A stretch of 64,000 nt of DNA. Origin: Camelus ferus. Its lineage: Eukaryota. Shown piece by piece: positions 53,666 through 64,000 of the stretch. Under the pieces are notes generated by a model, which worked only from the letters and a program-made list of their open reading frames with translations, had not been told where the DNA came from and ran no database searches. Within the stretch, counting starts at the first letter, position 1. Every line of letters begins with the position of its first letter. A program made the translations under genes and the position numbers. Location: NCBI RefSeq assembly GCF_009834535.1, contig NC_045697.1, positions 113,400,001-113,464,000 of the forward strand, read 5' to 3'.

Positions 53666-54036
53666 TGTTAAAAACAAGACAATGGGCCCAAATTCATTCT
53701 CTTACACTAAGCTCCACATCACCGAACTGAGACTTAATTACAGTTTTGACTCTAAGGGAATCTTAGCCCAGTCAGTCAGGAACTGCCTGATCAGCACTAG
53801 TGAGGTCATCTGCCTGATAGAGTCCTCCCATCCCCTAAAGAAAGATAACCTTGCTACGATCAGTCCCCTTTTTGCCAGTATGACTTCCTTTTCCCTCTTC
53901 TTTCCTGCCTATGACAGTCTTCCATTTTGTACAGCTTCTTTTCATCAGCTAGGTGGGATGCTGCTAAGTTCATAAATTGTTGAATAAAGCCAAAAATATC
54001 TTTAAAATTTACTAAGGGGAATTTTGATTTTTGACA
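53666..54036 (+). repeat. 5' LTR
   Basis: tgttaaaa...ttgaca; aataaa at ~53983; aligns with 61150-61549. Confidence 0.93.
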
Positions 54037-54040
54037 GTTT

Positions 54041-54058
54041 TGGTGGCAGCAGTGGGAT
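54041..54058 (+). other. Primer binding site complementary to tRNA-Leu(AAG/TAG)
   Basis: tggtggcagcagtgggat against tggtggcagcggtgggat expected from the tRNA-Leu 3' end (17/18; mismatch at a CpG); 4 nt after the LTR. Confidence 0.85.
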
Positions 54059-54687
54059 CTGAAGGTGACTTTAGATGGCTCTGGGTAAATTCCTATCAGT
54101 TCTGAGCTCTGCTCTCTTTGTATTTATCTTCTGATTTAATTGGTTTTTCAGTTCAGGGTGATTGGGCTTAAACTAGGAGTCTGTTTCACCCAGAACCCCA
54201 GCCCCTAGCCCTAGGTTTAGTCTGCAGTCCCATTTGTTAGGATTTGCTGGCTCAGCCCCCAGTTCCACACTAGGAAATGCTGATTGTTTGCACCTAAGTT
54301 CTTCTCTTGGCCAATGTACAGTGCCATCTCTTTGATTACTACTGGTGTCCACAGCTCTGTCTCCTTGGTTTATGTTGGTTTCTGTTAACGTGCATAAAAG
54401 GTAAATGATATTGTTAATGGAAATCTTGGAAGCTCAAAACTGCAAAATTCATGGTAGAGGTAGAGCACCTAAAAGCCATTAGAGTGCTCACCATTTAACA
54501 CTAAGGCTCTGTGTTAAGATAAGTTGGTCATGCAATGGATTCGATTGACACCAGGACACTTGCCAAACTCAAGAAAATTTCTGAGCAATGTGGTACATTG
54601 TAAAACACTACAAAATCCCCAGCCCAGCAGCACATCCCTTGCAGGTATTAATTTTAGCTATAAGACACCCAAAGCTTAGCTGAATAA

Positions 54688-55950
54688 ATGAGAGCCTCAA
54701 GTTTCAAAGAATTCAGCACATCACTTTCTGGCACACCTGCTTATTTTATGTCTGTGGTCCCAGAAGCTGTAAATATCTACAAAAATGTCAAAATCTTACT
54801 AAAGACAACCTAGAATTACAATGACAATTATGGGGAATGTTCCAATGAATGTTCCAAGATGGTTTACCTAAGAAGTGCACTTGAAAGCAAGAGAGCCCAA
54901 ATTGAACAAACAGAATGGAATACCTATTTTAATGCCTATGTAGAAGCTTCTAGAAAGCGTCAAGATTCCAAAATAGTTTCATTGAAAGATATGTTGCAAA
55001 AAGCTAATGGAAAATTAAAGGCACGAGAGGCACCTAAAATAAGGTGACAATAAGATTGTCAGTAAGATGGCTGTGACTTCTGTTCCCCTCTATGCTCCTT
55101 GACTTGAGCTTTCATGTTCTACCAATTCTCTACCTCATGTCTTTCCACCCTGAAGACCTTTTAAACTAAGGCCACCCAAGGCTGCAAATGATCATCTTCA
55201 GGCATCTTTTTCACTTTGGTCAAAGGCCAAATTAAGGGCCCTAGTGACATAATTCCCTGAACACACGGGGAGGATCCCCAAAAGTTTTCTGAAGTATTTA
55301 GAATCCTTCTCAGGGCCTACGACCCTAGGCTGCCAGATCTTTATCAGCTTGTGCTCCTGCTGGTAGGACCTGGGGAAGCCCCAGAATAGATGCTGGAGGC
55401 AGAATGATACAACCCCAAGGATGACAATTGAGATCCTCGGTCTTCAATATGGTTCCCTTATAGGCCAGAAAAAGCTTCAAAATAGCAACCAATCTTTTAA
55501 AAGCCATTCCTAGAGTGTTTCCTGCTCATGCTAATTAGTTCATTACTCAAACCTGCAAACAAAAGAAAGATGGACATGTGGCAGACTTTCACACCTGTCT
55601 GAAAGGTCTCTTTCTGTGGCATTTTGGGTTCCACCCAACAGATGGTGCTCCCCAACCTTCTCTAGCTGCCTTGCTTGTCAACAGATTATCTCCTGAGACT
55701 AGTGGACTGAGTAGAAGGCAGAAAAGATGGTGGGAAGCCACGGGTCTGGCTGAATTCATAGCCATAAGTGGTCACTTTGAAAGCACCTTGGAACAAGACC
55801 ACAAACAAAAATCTGCCAAGTTGTTAGCCTTACAGCTGCAGTGGCTCCAAGGCCAGAAAATTAAAATGACACCTTGAATTCAACACCATCTTGAATGCTC
55901 CCTCCCAAATTGGTTCCCTATGGGTACCCTTCCCAGAGATGATGAGTCTC
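54688..55950 (+). pseudogene. gag: gag remnant (MA, CA)
   Basis: SGTPAYFM..., LTKDNLELQ*QLWG, MVYLRSALESKRAQIEQTEWNTYF, EDPQKFSEVFRILLRAYDPRLPDLYQLV; frameshifts and stops. Confidence 0.85.
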
Positions 55951-55972
55951 TGAGAGGTTCTGCTGTAAACTG

Positions 55973-56330
55973 CTCCCAGTTGTTCCCTTAAACAGCCAAG
56001 AGGAAACTAAAATTAAAATTAGTGGAAAACCTAGCCAACTTCTAGTAAATACTAGAGCCAGGCACTCTAAACCTCACACTCATAGGACAACAAATCTGTC
56101 AGATTAAAAAAAAAAGAAGTTTCCATAGTGGGAGTAGCCAGTAAAGTTCAGAGAGTTTCTGTCTCAACCAGTGCAGGTGACTCAGAGTTTTTTCACTAAA
56201 AACATTCATTTTCACTGTGTAACACGGCCCGAATTAATCTATTAGTTAGAGATACCCTCTTCAGATTAAAAAGCTGGTATGCTTTGCCTCTAACAGAGAC
56301 CTCATTTTAGAAGTTTCCGGCCAAGCTGAA
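55973..56330 (+). pseudogene. pro: Retroviral aspartic protease remnant
   Basis: LPVVPLNSQEETKIKISGKPSQLLVNTRA (decayed LVDTGA at ~56042-56059); INLLVRD (decayed NLLGRD) at ~56232. Confidence 0.8.
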
Positions 56331-56371
56331 CCGTATCTTTCATGTTTTTTAAAAATAGAGGCAAATAAGTA

Positions 56372-56490
56372 CAGACCTCATTTTACTGCATTTCACTTTA
56401 TTGCGCTTTGCAAATGTTGTGTTTTCTACAAATTGAAGGTTTATGGCAATTAGTCTATCGGCACCATTTTTTTCCAGCAGCATTTGCTCA
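56372..56490 (+). mobile_element. Tigger1 left-end fragment
   Basis: ta|cag...cctcattttactgcatttcactttattgcgctttgca...tacaaattgaaggtttatggcaa...gtctatcggcaccattttt matches the Tigger1 5' terminus. Confidence 0.85.
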
Positions 56491-59400
56491 GTTACCAAAG
56501 AAGCATCCATAAAGGATTTTATTTATTTGCTGCAGCAGTTAGCTGAAGGACATAAGGGTCCGAGGAGAAACTACAATTCTCTGTAGACACTGTTCACTGC
56601 TTAGATCATAATCTAAGCACTGAAGGAATCCAGCCAACCTCACAGAGAATTCAACTAATCCAGGAATTCCCTGGGCCCAGAACCAAGAGACAGCTGCAAG
56701 GTTCCTGAGGCTGACTGACTGCTGCAGACTGCAGCCTTCTCATTTTTCTCTATCAGCTTCCCCGCTTTATGAACTTATTAAAATGTCAGTCCCTGAGCCC
56801 CTTTCTTGGAAGGTAAACGTGCCTTCATAAGGCTAAAGCAAGTACTGCAAGAACCACTTGCCCGAGGTCTACCTGACCGTCCAAAGCCTGGAGCATGAAA
56901 GAGACAGCCGCGCCCTGGGAGGGCCCACGTGGGGACACGGTAACGGACACAGGCCTCTTGCCTATTACAGCAGGCAGCTTGAGTCCGTGGCTCACGTCTA
57001 CCCAGCTGCCTTACGGCTGTAACTGCAGCTGCAAAAACAGCAGAAGGCTCAGTGAATTTAACCCTAGGGAGGGACATCTATTAACAGTCTCCTCGGGCTG
57101 GCCAAAGTCTTCTGAATTCTGAGCTGACTCAGCATTTCTCTCAAGCAGACTGACCTCCCAAGAGACCCTTCTTCTGCTTTTCCCACCTTAGCTGCATTTT
57201 AAACGTGGCAACATTCTTAATCTTGTTTCTACTCCCACTTGATGGGGTCAAATGACAGCCAGGGTAATGACGTCTCACTTTGTGATGCTATGTCCTGAAT
57301 TATCAGTCTTCTTTTTTTGACTTATCCTGACCTAATTTTGTTTGTTGATGGGTCTGTGAAGGAAAAATGCTGCCTGCCGTGTCAGTAAATAAAGGATGCT
57401 GTGGCCATCAAGTCCTCAGCCACTATTTTTGCCCCCGATGGTGAGCAGGAGGGAACTCAGGATGCAGACAAGCAGGCAGCTTGGCCTCTGCCACCACCTC
57501 CAATAGTGCCCCTTGAGGGGACTCAGGACAGGAAAGAACAAGATACTGGCCCTAGATGGTTAAGGTGCACATCAAAGGAATGATTTCAATGAACCCAGAC
57601 TCTTGTATCTTCCCATACATAGAAAAGTGCCAAATTCCTAAACCTGAGATATCTGGTTTGCTTTATTTAACAGTAATCTTTTGATGTTCTGACTACCTAG
57701 TCTTTGTTGCAAAACGTCCTATATATCCTGGCTCCTCCCCTACCTCTTCAGAGCTGTCCCTCAGAGTGATCTAAAAGGCTGTCATCCTGGGCTTGAAATC
57801 CTCAGTAAGTCTATTGAATAAAACATAACTCCCAACTTTTAGGTTGTGCGGATTTTTCGACTGACAGTTCACACTGTAAAAAGGAAAGAAGGAACGTCCA
57901 AGCCGGCTGTGCAGTTACTGCCCAATATGAACTACTTGAGAGGGTAAGTCTCCCACAAGCTATGTCAGCCCAGCAGAGTTCCACCTTACCTGAGCCATTA
58001 CCACCATTACCACCATTACCCAGTGATGAGAAGGACAAACATTAATATTTATCCTGACAGCTGCTATGCCTGTGGAGTGGTCCATGATTTGGGGGATGCT
58101 ATGGAAACAGAGGGGTTTTCTTATGTCCTCTGAGACTCCAATCAAAAATGGAAAGCAAGTGAACAGCCTTCTTGCTGCTATTCTCTTACTTTCTGAGATT
58201 GCTGTCATCAAAGTTGAGCCGACACTAGGGAGACGGAACCCGAGTGTTGGAGAAATGCCCTCCCTGCCTGCCTTTCATGTGAAGGCAGCAGCAATGGAAT
58301 CTGTAAAGGTTGTGGTACCTGCGGATGAGATGTCTATGCTGCTTATGCAAAAATGTCTCCTTGTCATCAGCCTTTCACGACTCTGATGTCCTTGTGACAT
58401 AACAAGTCTACTTCTGAAGCAGAGAAATGACTTATGATGGGTAAACAAACAATGGTTGTAAATTCTGTGAACAACTGGGGCTATGGGAAACCCAAGGTGG
58501 TCGTTTGGTTCTCCTTTGCTCCCTGCAGAACCCTATCTTTCAGTTCTCGCATTCTTTCACCTACCATGGTGCAGCTAAGAGGACTCAAATTGCGACTAGA
58601 CTTTGGTGGGGAGACTTCTATAAAACTGCAAAAACAACTCACTTCCAATGTCTGATCTGTCAATTCCATAATCCCAGATAACCTATTTTTGCTTCCAGAG
58701 GCCTCAAACTTCCTCCATCTTGACAATTTGAGCACCTGGACTTTGTTCAACTGTCAGCAGGATGGGTTATCAGTACGTTCTTGTTGTAGTAGCTGTGTTT
58801 TCAGGATAGGTTGAAGCCTTCTCCTGCCACAAGACTGATACCTTCACAGTGCCCAAAAAACTATTAGAAAATGTGTTTTCACTTGAAGTATGCCCTCTGC
58901 AATCTCTAGTGATTTAGGCAACTACTTTCCTGGGTAAATCATACAAGCTTTACCAAAAACCTTGCAAATTTCTAGAAAATATCTCAGTCCCTGTCACTCT
59001 CAATTATCAGGCAAGATTGAAAGAACTAGCGAGATCTTCAAACTCAAAATCCCTAAACTTGCTAAAACTACTGGACTCCCTTGGCTGCAAGTATTTGTTG
59101 CCTCTGGTCTTGCTGAGTGTTCGGAGCACTCCCTTAGGGAAACATAAAGCCACTCGATGTGAGATGGTCACTGGTAGGTCAATGTCTGTTGGTGTACATC
59201 TGCCTGCTAATCCCTTGTTCTCTCATGCTAATATGGCCAGATACTTCGGTCTTTAATGTCTTTTGCTAAAGCCTATTACCAACAGGCTGAAGAAGCCTTC
59301 TCAGAGCCCAATTTGAAGGACTCTGTTGGTCATAGCTTGGAGTCTAGCAACTGGGTATTTTTGAAACATCATCAGAGGAAAACAGCCCTCAGACGCCTGT

Positions 59401-59540
59401 TGGAAGGGGCCTTACCACTGATGCTGTGGCAAAACCAGAAGGCATTGAGCTTTGGGCACACACGTCCCAGCTAAAAAGGGCTCATTCGGATAACTGATTC
59501 TCTTCTCACACTTGTGACCTTAAAGTCAGGTTTGACAGAA
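56491..59540 (+). pseudogene. pol: pol remnant: RT C-terminal half, RNase H, integrase
   Basis: IYLLQQLA, EKLQFS, IQEFPGPRTKRQLQ; LFVDGS; INIYPDSCYACGVVHD; WKQRGFL...PIKNGKQV; CLIC; FSG*VEAFSC; ISSD; SGKIERT. Confidence 0.92.
57355..57866 (+). mobile_element. Younger, unrelated solo LTR nested in RNase H
   Basis: TG...CA termini (tgtgaagg / ctgaca), TSD ggtc/gttc, TATA-like ctatatat at ~57719, aataaa at ~57817. Confidence 0.92.
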
Positions 59541-59589
59541 AGAAAGCTGACAACATCATGTTCTTGACAATTTCTACCCAAAACTCAAG

Positions 59590-60711
59590 ATGGAGAATTC
59601 ATAGTTTAATTAAATAAAATCTTTTTTTTTTTTTTTTGTCATTTCTCTACTCTGGCATTGGCTTGAAAACACAACACCATCATCCCTATCTCCCAGGCTA
59701 TATATAAGGGGGTAGAGGTAACATTTCAGACTGCTATATCTGCCATCCCAACTCCAATCTGTTCTCCCTGTGACCAACTTTTCTTCCATTCCCAATGATA
59801 CTGTAAACATCTATCAACTCCCCTTGGAAGTCACCTACTGAGTTTGAACACCCAGTGCCTTGTTTTTTACCTTTCTTTGATTACAACTGTACCTGCCCAG
59901 TTAGACATGAATACTTTTGCAAACCATAGTACATTTACACCTCCATGCTCTTATGATTATCTAAATCAGATCTGCCCCCAATAATGAAAAATGCACCACC
60001 ATCAGCACCTGTCTTTGCAAGAACTTAGAACAGCTTTTTATTTGAGGCTAGGAGATTTACTTCCTGAATGTGTTGAAGACTTAACTGACGCCTGGCTTGA
60101 ATGGACAAGTACAGTAATCCCTGTGAATAAACCCATGAACAATGCCATTTTAGCAAGAGTGGTTTATGCCCAACAGGATTTATCTTTGTCTGTGCTGATT
60201 ATTATTCTCCTTGGGTCTATGAATGTCTAGACGGCTGATGCATGACTGGCTAATACCTCTTAGGTTATCTAACTGTGCCCCTAACTGTCCACAACCAAAC
60301 TGAGACATCACATTGGTCAACTCACCTGAATTTACATTGCATTAGAAGGGACCTACCAGGAGACATTCATGATGCAGGATTTACTTCCTTTGGCAAATTT
60401 CTACTTCCCTGGTTAGAAATAAGTCCCAATGAGGCTATGATCAGGAACCTCTCCTTAACTTTGAAGATACTGCAGAATCTACCACTGTTAAAGACATAGA
60501 GGTCCAACAAAGATCCTAGACTCTCTGGCCAAAGTTGTTCTTGATAACAAGATGGCCCTCGATTATCTTTCAGCTGAGCAAGGAGGTGTCTGTGTGTGGC
60601 CAACACCCCCTGCTGCACCTGGACTGACACTTCTGGGGAGGCTGAGGTTCAGTCATGTCAGATCACTGAGCAAACCGCTTGGCCTAAGAAAGTGGCTCTT
60701 TCAATGGTGTC

Positions 60712-60742
<31 letters not shown>

Positions 60743-60915
60743 TTTTTTAACTTATTTGATTCTGATTAGTTTGGCTCCTGGGAACCATGGCTCTGAAATG
60801 CATTCCAGACTTTAGGAATATCCTGCTCATAATAGTTTCCCTAGTGAGCTGTGTTCTCTCAAAAGCTTTAAATGCATGTTGGCAGTCTCTAACCACCAAG
60901 CAATAACCTCCATAA
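59590..60915 (+). pseudogene. env: Gamma-type env remnant (SU plus TM)
   Basis: CxxC as CYIC (59732-59743); cleavage site CIRR|DLPG (60338-60349); immunosuppressive domain LDNKMALDYLSAEQGGVC (60540-60593); CC at 60611-60616; hydrophobic anchor at ~60810-60860. Confidence 0.9.
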
Positions 60916-61149
60916 GACTGGAACGTCAGAAAAGGGAGGAAGAAAATGGCTGACTTAAAGAATGTGAACCCAAAGTTATGACCTATGAACACCACAGAGA
61001 TTCAGCAAAAAGACTCATAACCTGTCAGTACTACATAAGGCATCAGCAAAAACTGTGAGGACTTCAGAGCAGTAGCTGGGAGGGTCACTGATGCTTTAAA
61101 TTTTGATCACATCTCTAAATTAAGCTGAGTCTGGTCAATAAGGGTTAAT

Positions 61150-61549
61150 TCTTAAAAGCAAGAAATCAGGCCCCGAAATGGAGTCACTTATGCTGAGATC
61201 CACATCATCAAACCCAGACTTACTTAATTCCAGCTTCAGCTCTCGCAGAAATGGAACTCTACACCACCAGTCAATCAGGAATCACCAGATCAGCACTGGT
61301 GAGGTGATTTGCCGGCTAGATCCCCGCCTTTCCCTAAAGGAAAGTGACCTTGCCAAGACCAATCCACATTTTGCCAGCATGACTTCCTTGCTCCCAATCC
61401 CTTCTGCTTAGAAAAGTCTTTTCTTTTGTGCAGCTTTTTGGAGCATCTTCTTATCTAAAACGGGATGCTGCCCCATTCATGTGTTGTTGAGTAAAGCCAG
61501 TGAGCTCTTTAAAATTTACTCAGTTACATTTTGTATTTTTTTTTTAACA
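61150..61549 (+). repeat. 3' LTR
   Basis: Homologous to the 5' LTR (ccagtcaatcaggaa, gatcagcact, gggatgctgc, tctttaaaatttact); ends taaca; degraded purine tract just upstream. Confidence 0.93.
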
Positions 61550-62239
61550 CTTATTACCTCAGAAATAAAAGATACAGTTGAGTTTAAGCTCTTGCTTGTC
61601 CTCTATAACAGTCAAAACAAACTTTTCTAATTTATGGTTTCCTTAGGCTTCAATTCTTCAACTTTTTACCTTCCTTATTTTGTGAAGATATATCAATCTC
61701 ATTAGTTGGACATTTTAAAATAAGAGTACTTGACATACTGCAAAAAAAGAGAAAAGAAAATGTATTTATGTTAATTTCTCCATGAATTTTTCCTCTTCTC
61801 TCTGGTTCTAATTACATCTTTATCATGGGCAAATGATTCAGCCTCTTCTTGCCTTGATGTCTACAATCATAATCTGTAACTCTGGGAAATAAATAGTCAA
61901 GTTTCTCTCCAACTCTGCTGTACTGTCCTGGTTGAAAAACTGGATAGAAGATTAATGTGTAAACAATGTATCTAAATTGATATAACTGAAAATGTATATG
62001 TACATATTGTTTGTTACTTGACTATGGAGAATTATGTAACTAAGATTTGTTTAAAAAAATGTTATTTGTGGTTCTTCTCTTAGAGCCAAAGATAATTCTT
62101 GGGTACTTTGAAAGCTGCATAAGGAATTTCATGGCCCTGAGTTCAGATAAAATTAATGACTGTACTTTAGTGGCCTGACAAATCTCATCATCTGTAGATA
62201 ATCACAGATCAAGCTCACGGAATTTCAAAACAGTTCCCT

Positions 62240-62440
62240 TTTAAATTCTTGGCTCTGCCTCTTATTAGCTGTGTGACTTCAGGCAAGTTATCAAATCTCT
62301 CTAATCCATTTACTCATCTGTAAACAGCATAAGGATACTTACCTCAGGGGTTGTTTTAATAATTATATTAGATAAAACAAGTGAATCACTTGGCACTGCC
62401 CCTAAAACATTGTGAACACTCAGTGCAAACTTGCTCCTGC
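62240..62440 (+). mobile_element. MIR SINE
   Basis: ggctctgcctcttattagctgtgtgacttcaggcaagtta...ctcatctgtaaa. Confidence 0.88.
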
Positions 62441-62685
62441 AATTCCACCCATGATCATCTTTATCTTTCATCTGTCTCTCCTCTCCTGTCTGTATCATCA
62501 AATATCCTGTAACCTTCCCATCTTTGAAAATAAGCTACCTTAGGCCCCTAGGTAGGTATCCCTTTCTACCTCTTGTTCTGCAAGTAGGATTAATATGCTG
62601 GTCACTTCCACATTGTTATCTCATTTCTTGACATCTCTATCCTCATCTCTGTCTCTGTTTATCCATCTATCTCTCTGTCTATTCC

Positions 62686-62688
<3 letters not shown>

Positions 62689-62718
<30 letters not shown>
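62689..62718. repeat. (TG)n microsatellite
   Basis: Directly visible. Confidence 0.97.
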
Positions 62719-62722
<4 letters not shown>

Positions 62723-63079
62723 ACTCTTCCGTGTCCTTTTACACCTCATGTCTAGTTCACAAGAACATCTTGTTGTTTGCACTTTTGATGTAGATTCAGA
62801 ATTTGCCCACTTAATTGTCCCTTCAGGTACCACTTATGTCCAAGCCATTGTTACCTCTTGCAGGACTCCTAAAATAGCCTACTGCTTATTTTTTTTTTCT
62901 TTTCTGTTAATGGTCAAGGTAATGAAAGAATGAGTAATAAGTAGCATCTATCATTATTATGTTTTTATACAAATAAAAAACATTTAATCCTAAAGATGGA
63001 TGCAGCTGCCACTGGACTGTGGAAAGTCCTCTGTACCTCTAGTGGAGTTATTTCTTCCTAGTTGGGAGCCATTCATTTA

Positions 63080-63420
63080 CAGTCATCCCTCAGTGTCTGC
63101 TGGGGATTGGTTTCAGGACCCCTGCAGATACCAAGATCCATGTATACACAAGTTTCTTATATAAAATGGCATAGTATTTGCATATAAATCTATGAACATC
63201 TTCTTTTATACTTTAAATCATTTGTAGATTATAGTATCTAATACACTGTAAAAGCCATGTAAATAATTATAAATACAATGTAAATTCCATGTAAATAGTT
63301 GCCAGCATGTGACAAATTCAAGTTTTACCTTTTAGAACTTTCTGGAAATTTTTGAATATTTTCAATCCATGGTTGGTTCAATCCATGGATGCAGAATCCC
63401 TGAATATGAAGGACTTAGTT
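63080..63420 (+). mobile_element. MER2 (Tigger-derived MITE), near full length
   Basis: ta|cagtcatccctcagtgtctgctggggattggtttcaggaccc...tccatggatgcagaatccctgaatatgaagg. Confidence 0.9.
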
Positions 63421-63627
63421 ACTATATTTATTTAATCAAGAAACCTTTGTCAAGTGCTAACTACTTAGTAGGATCTGTGCTAGGGAATGAAAAAAATAAA
63501 TAAAAATTCACATTCAATATCATCTGGGAGATTTTCTAGTAGATGATATGGGAGAGTTAAATCTTCCACAAAAAGTGAGACAAGAGTGTTTCTGATCTTC
63601 TTGAGGGTCAATGAATGTGGCTAAGAC

Positions 63628-63691
63628 GAAAGAAAGAAAGAAAGGAAGAAAGGAAGAAAGGAAGAAAGGAAGAAAGAAAAGAAAGAAAGAA

Positions 63692-63771
<80 letters not shown>

Positions 63772-63822
63772 GAAAGAAAGAAAGGAAGGAAGGAAGGAAG
63801 GAAGGAAGGAAGGAAGAAAGAA
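63628..63822. repeat. Compound (GAAA)n/(GGAA)n polypurine microsatellite
   Basis: Directly visible. Confidence 0.97.
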
Positions 63823-64000
63823 ATAAATCCTGCTGTATAGTAAATAATGCACTCATGATCATGGATTCTGACCTCCTGAGATTGCTCACTCCAGCTTTAA
63901 GTATTCAACAAGGGGTGAATATTCCTCATGTGAGAAATATTGAAACAGTTGGAAGCAACAAACAACATCATAAGCTTAGTTGAAAGAACACAATGTTGGA

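Larger units (their letters stand above)
53666..61549 (+). mobile_element. Ancient end-to-end class I (ERV1, gamma-like) provirus, all ORFs decayed
   Basis: Two homologous LTRs, PBS, gag/pro/pol/env remnants in canonical order, 4 bp TSD cata/ctta. Confidence 0.95.

Noticed and set aside
57995..58021. (ccattacca)x3 within RNase H
   Set aside because: Simple slippage expansion in a dead gene
54688..60915. APOBEC3 G-to-A hypermutation of the provirus (DTGA>NTRA, Trp>stop, Gly>Arg/Asp)
   Set aside because: C-to-T changes at conserved Pro/Ser codons also appear (for example HPQSS>HSQLS), which fits strand-symmetric neutral decay. Looking only at Gly and Trp codons biases toward G changes

Overview
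Mammalian non-coding genomic DNA with no recognisable host protein-coding exon, rRNA or functional tRNA gene. It is most likely from a camelid, inferred from the short tRNA-derived SINEs and the young L1 3' ends. Much of the window is interspersed repeat: L1, L2, MIR, MaLR/ERV LTRs, hAT and Tigger DNA transposon relics, and microsatellites. The dominant structure is an ancient, end-to-end but fully decayed class I (gamma-like) endogenous provirus at 53666-61549 (+), ordered LTR, tRNA-Leu PBS, gag, pro, pol, env, LTR. It sits in the tip of a MIR. A Tigger1 end stands where the RT catalytic core should be, and a younger solo LTR interrupts the RNase H DGS motif. Other notable items are a 5.3 kb L1 with an intact 5' end but no 3' end, a twin-primed inverted L1, an unexplained ~260 bp insert bracketed by SINEs inside an L2, and a dense forkhead motif cluster. 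Repeat family names are recognised from remembered consensus sequences, not from a search. I found no evidence of a novel functional multi-gene system.
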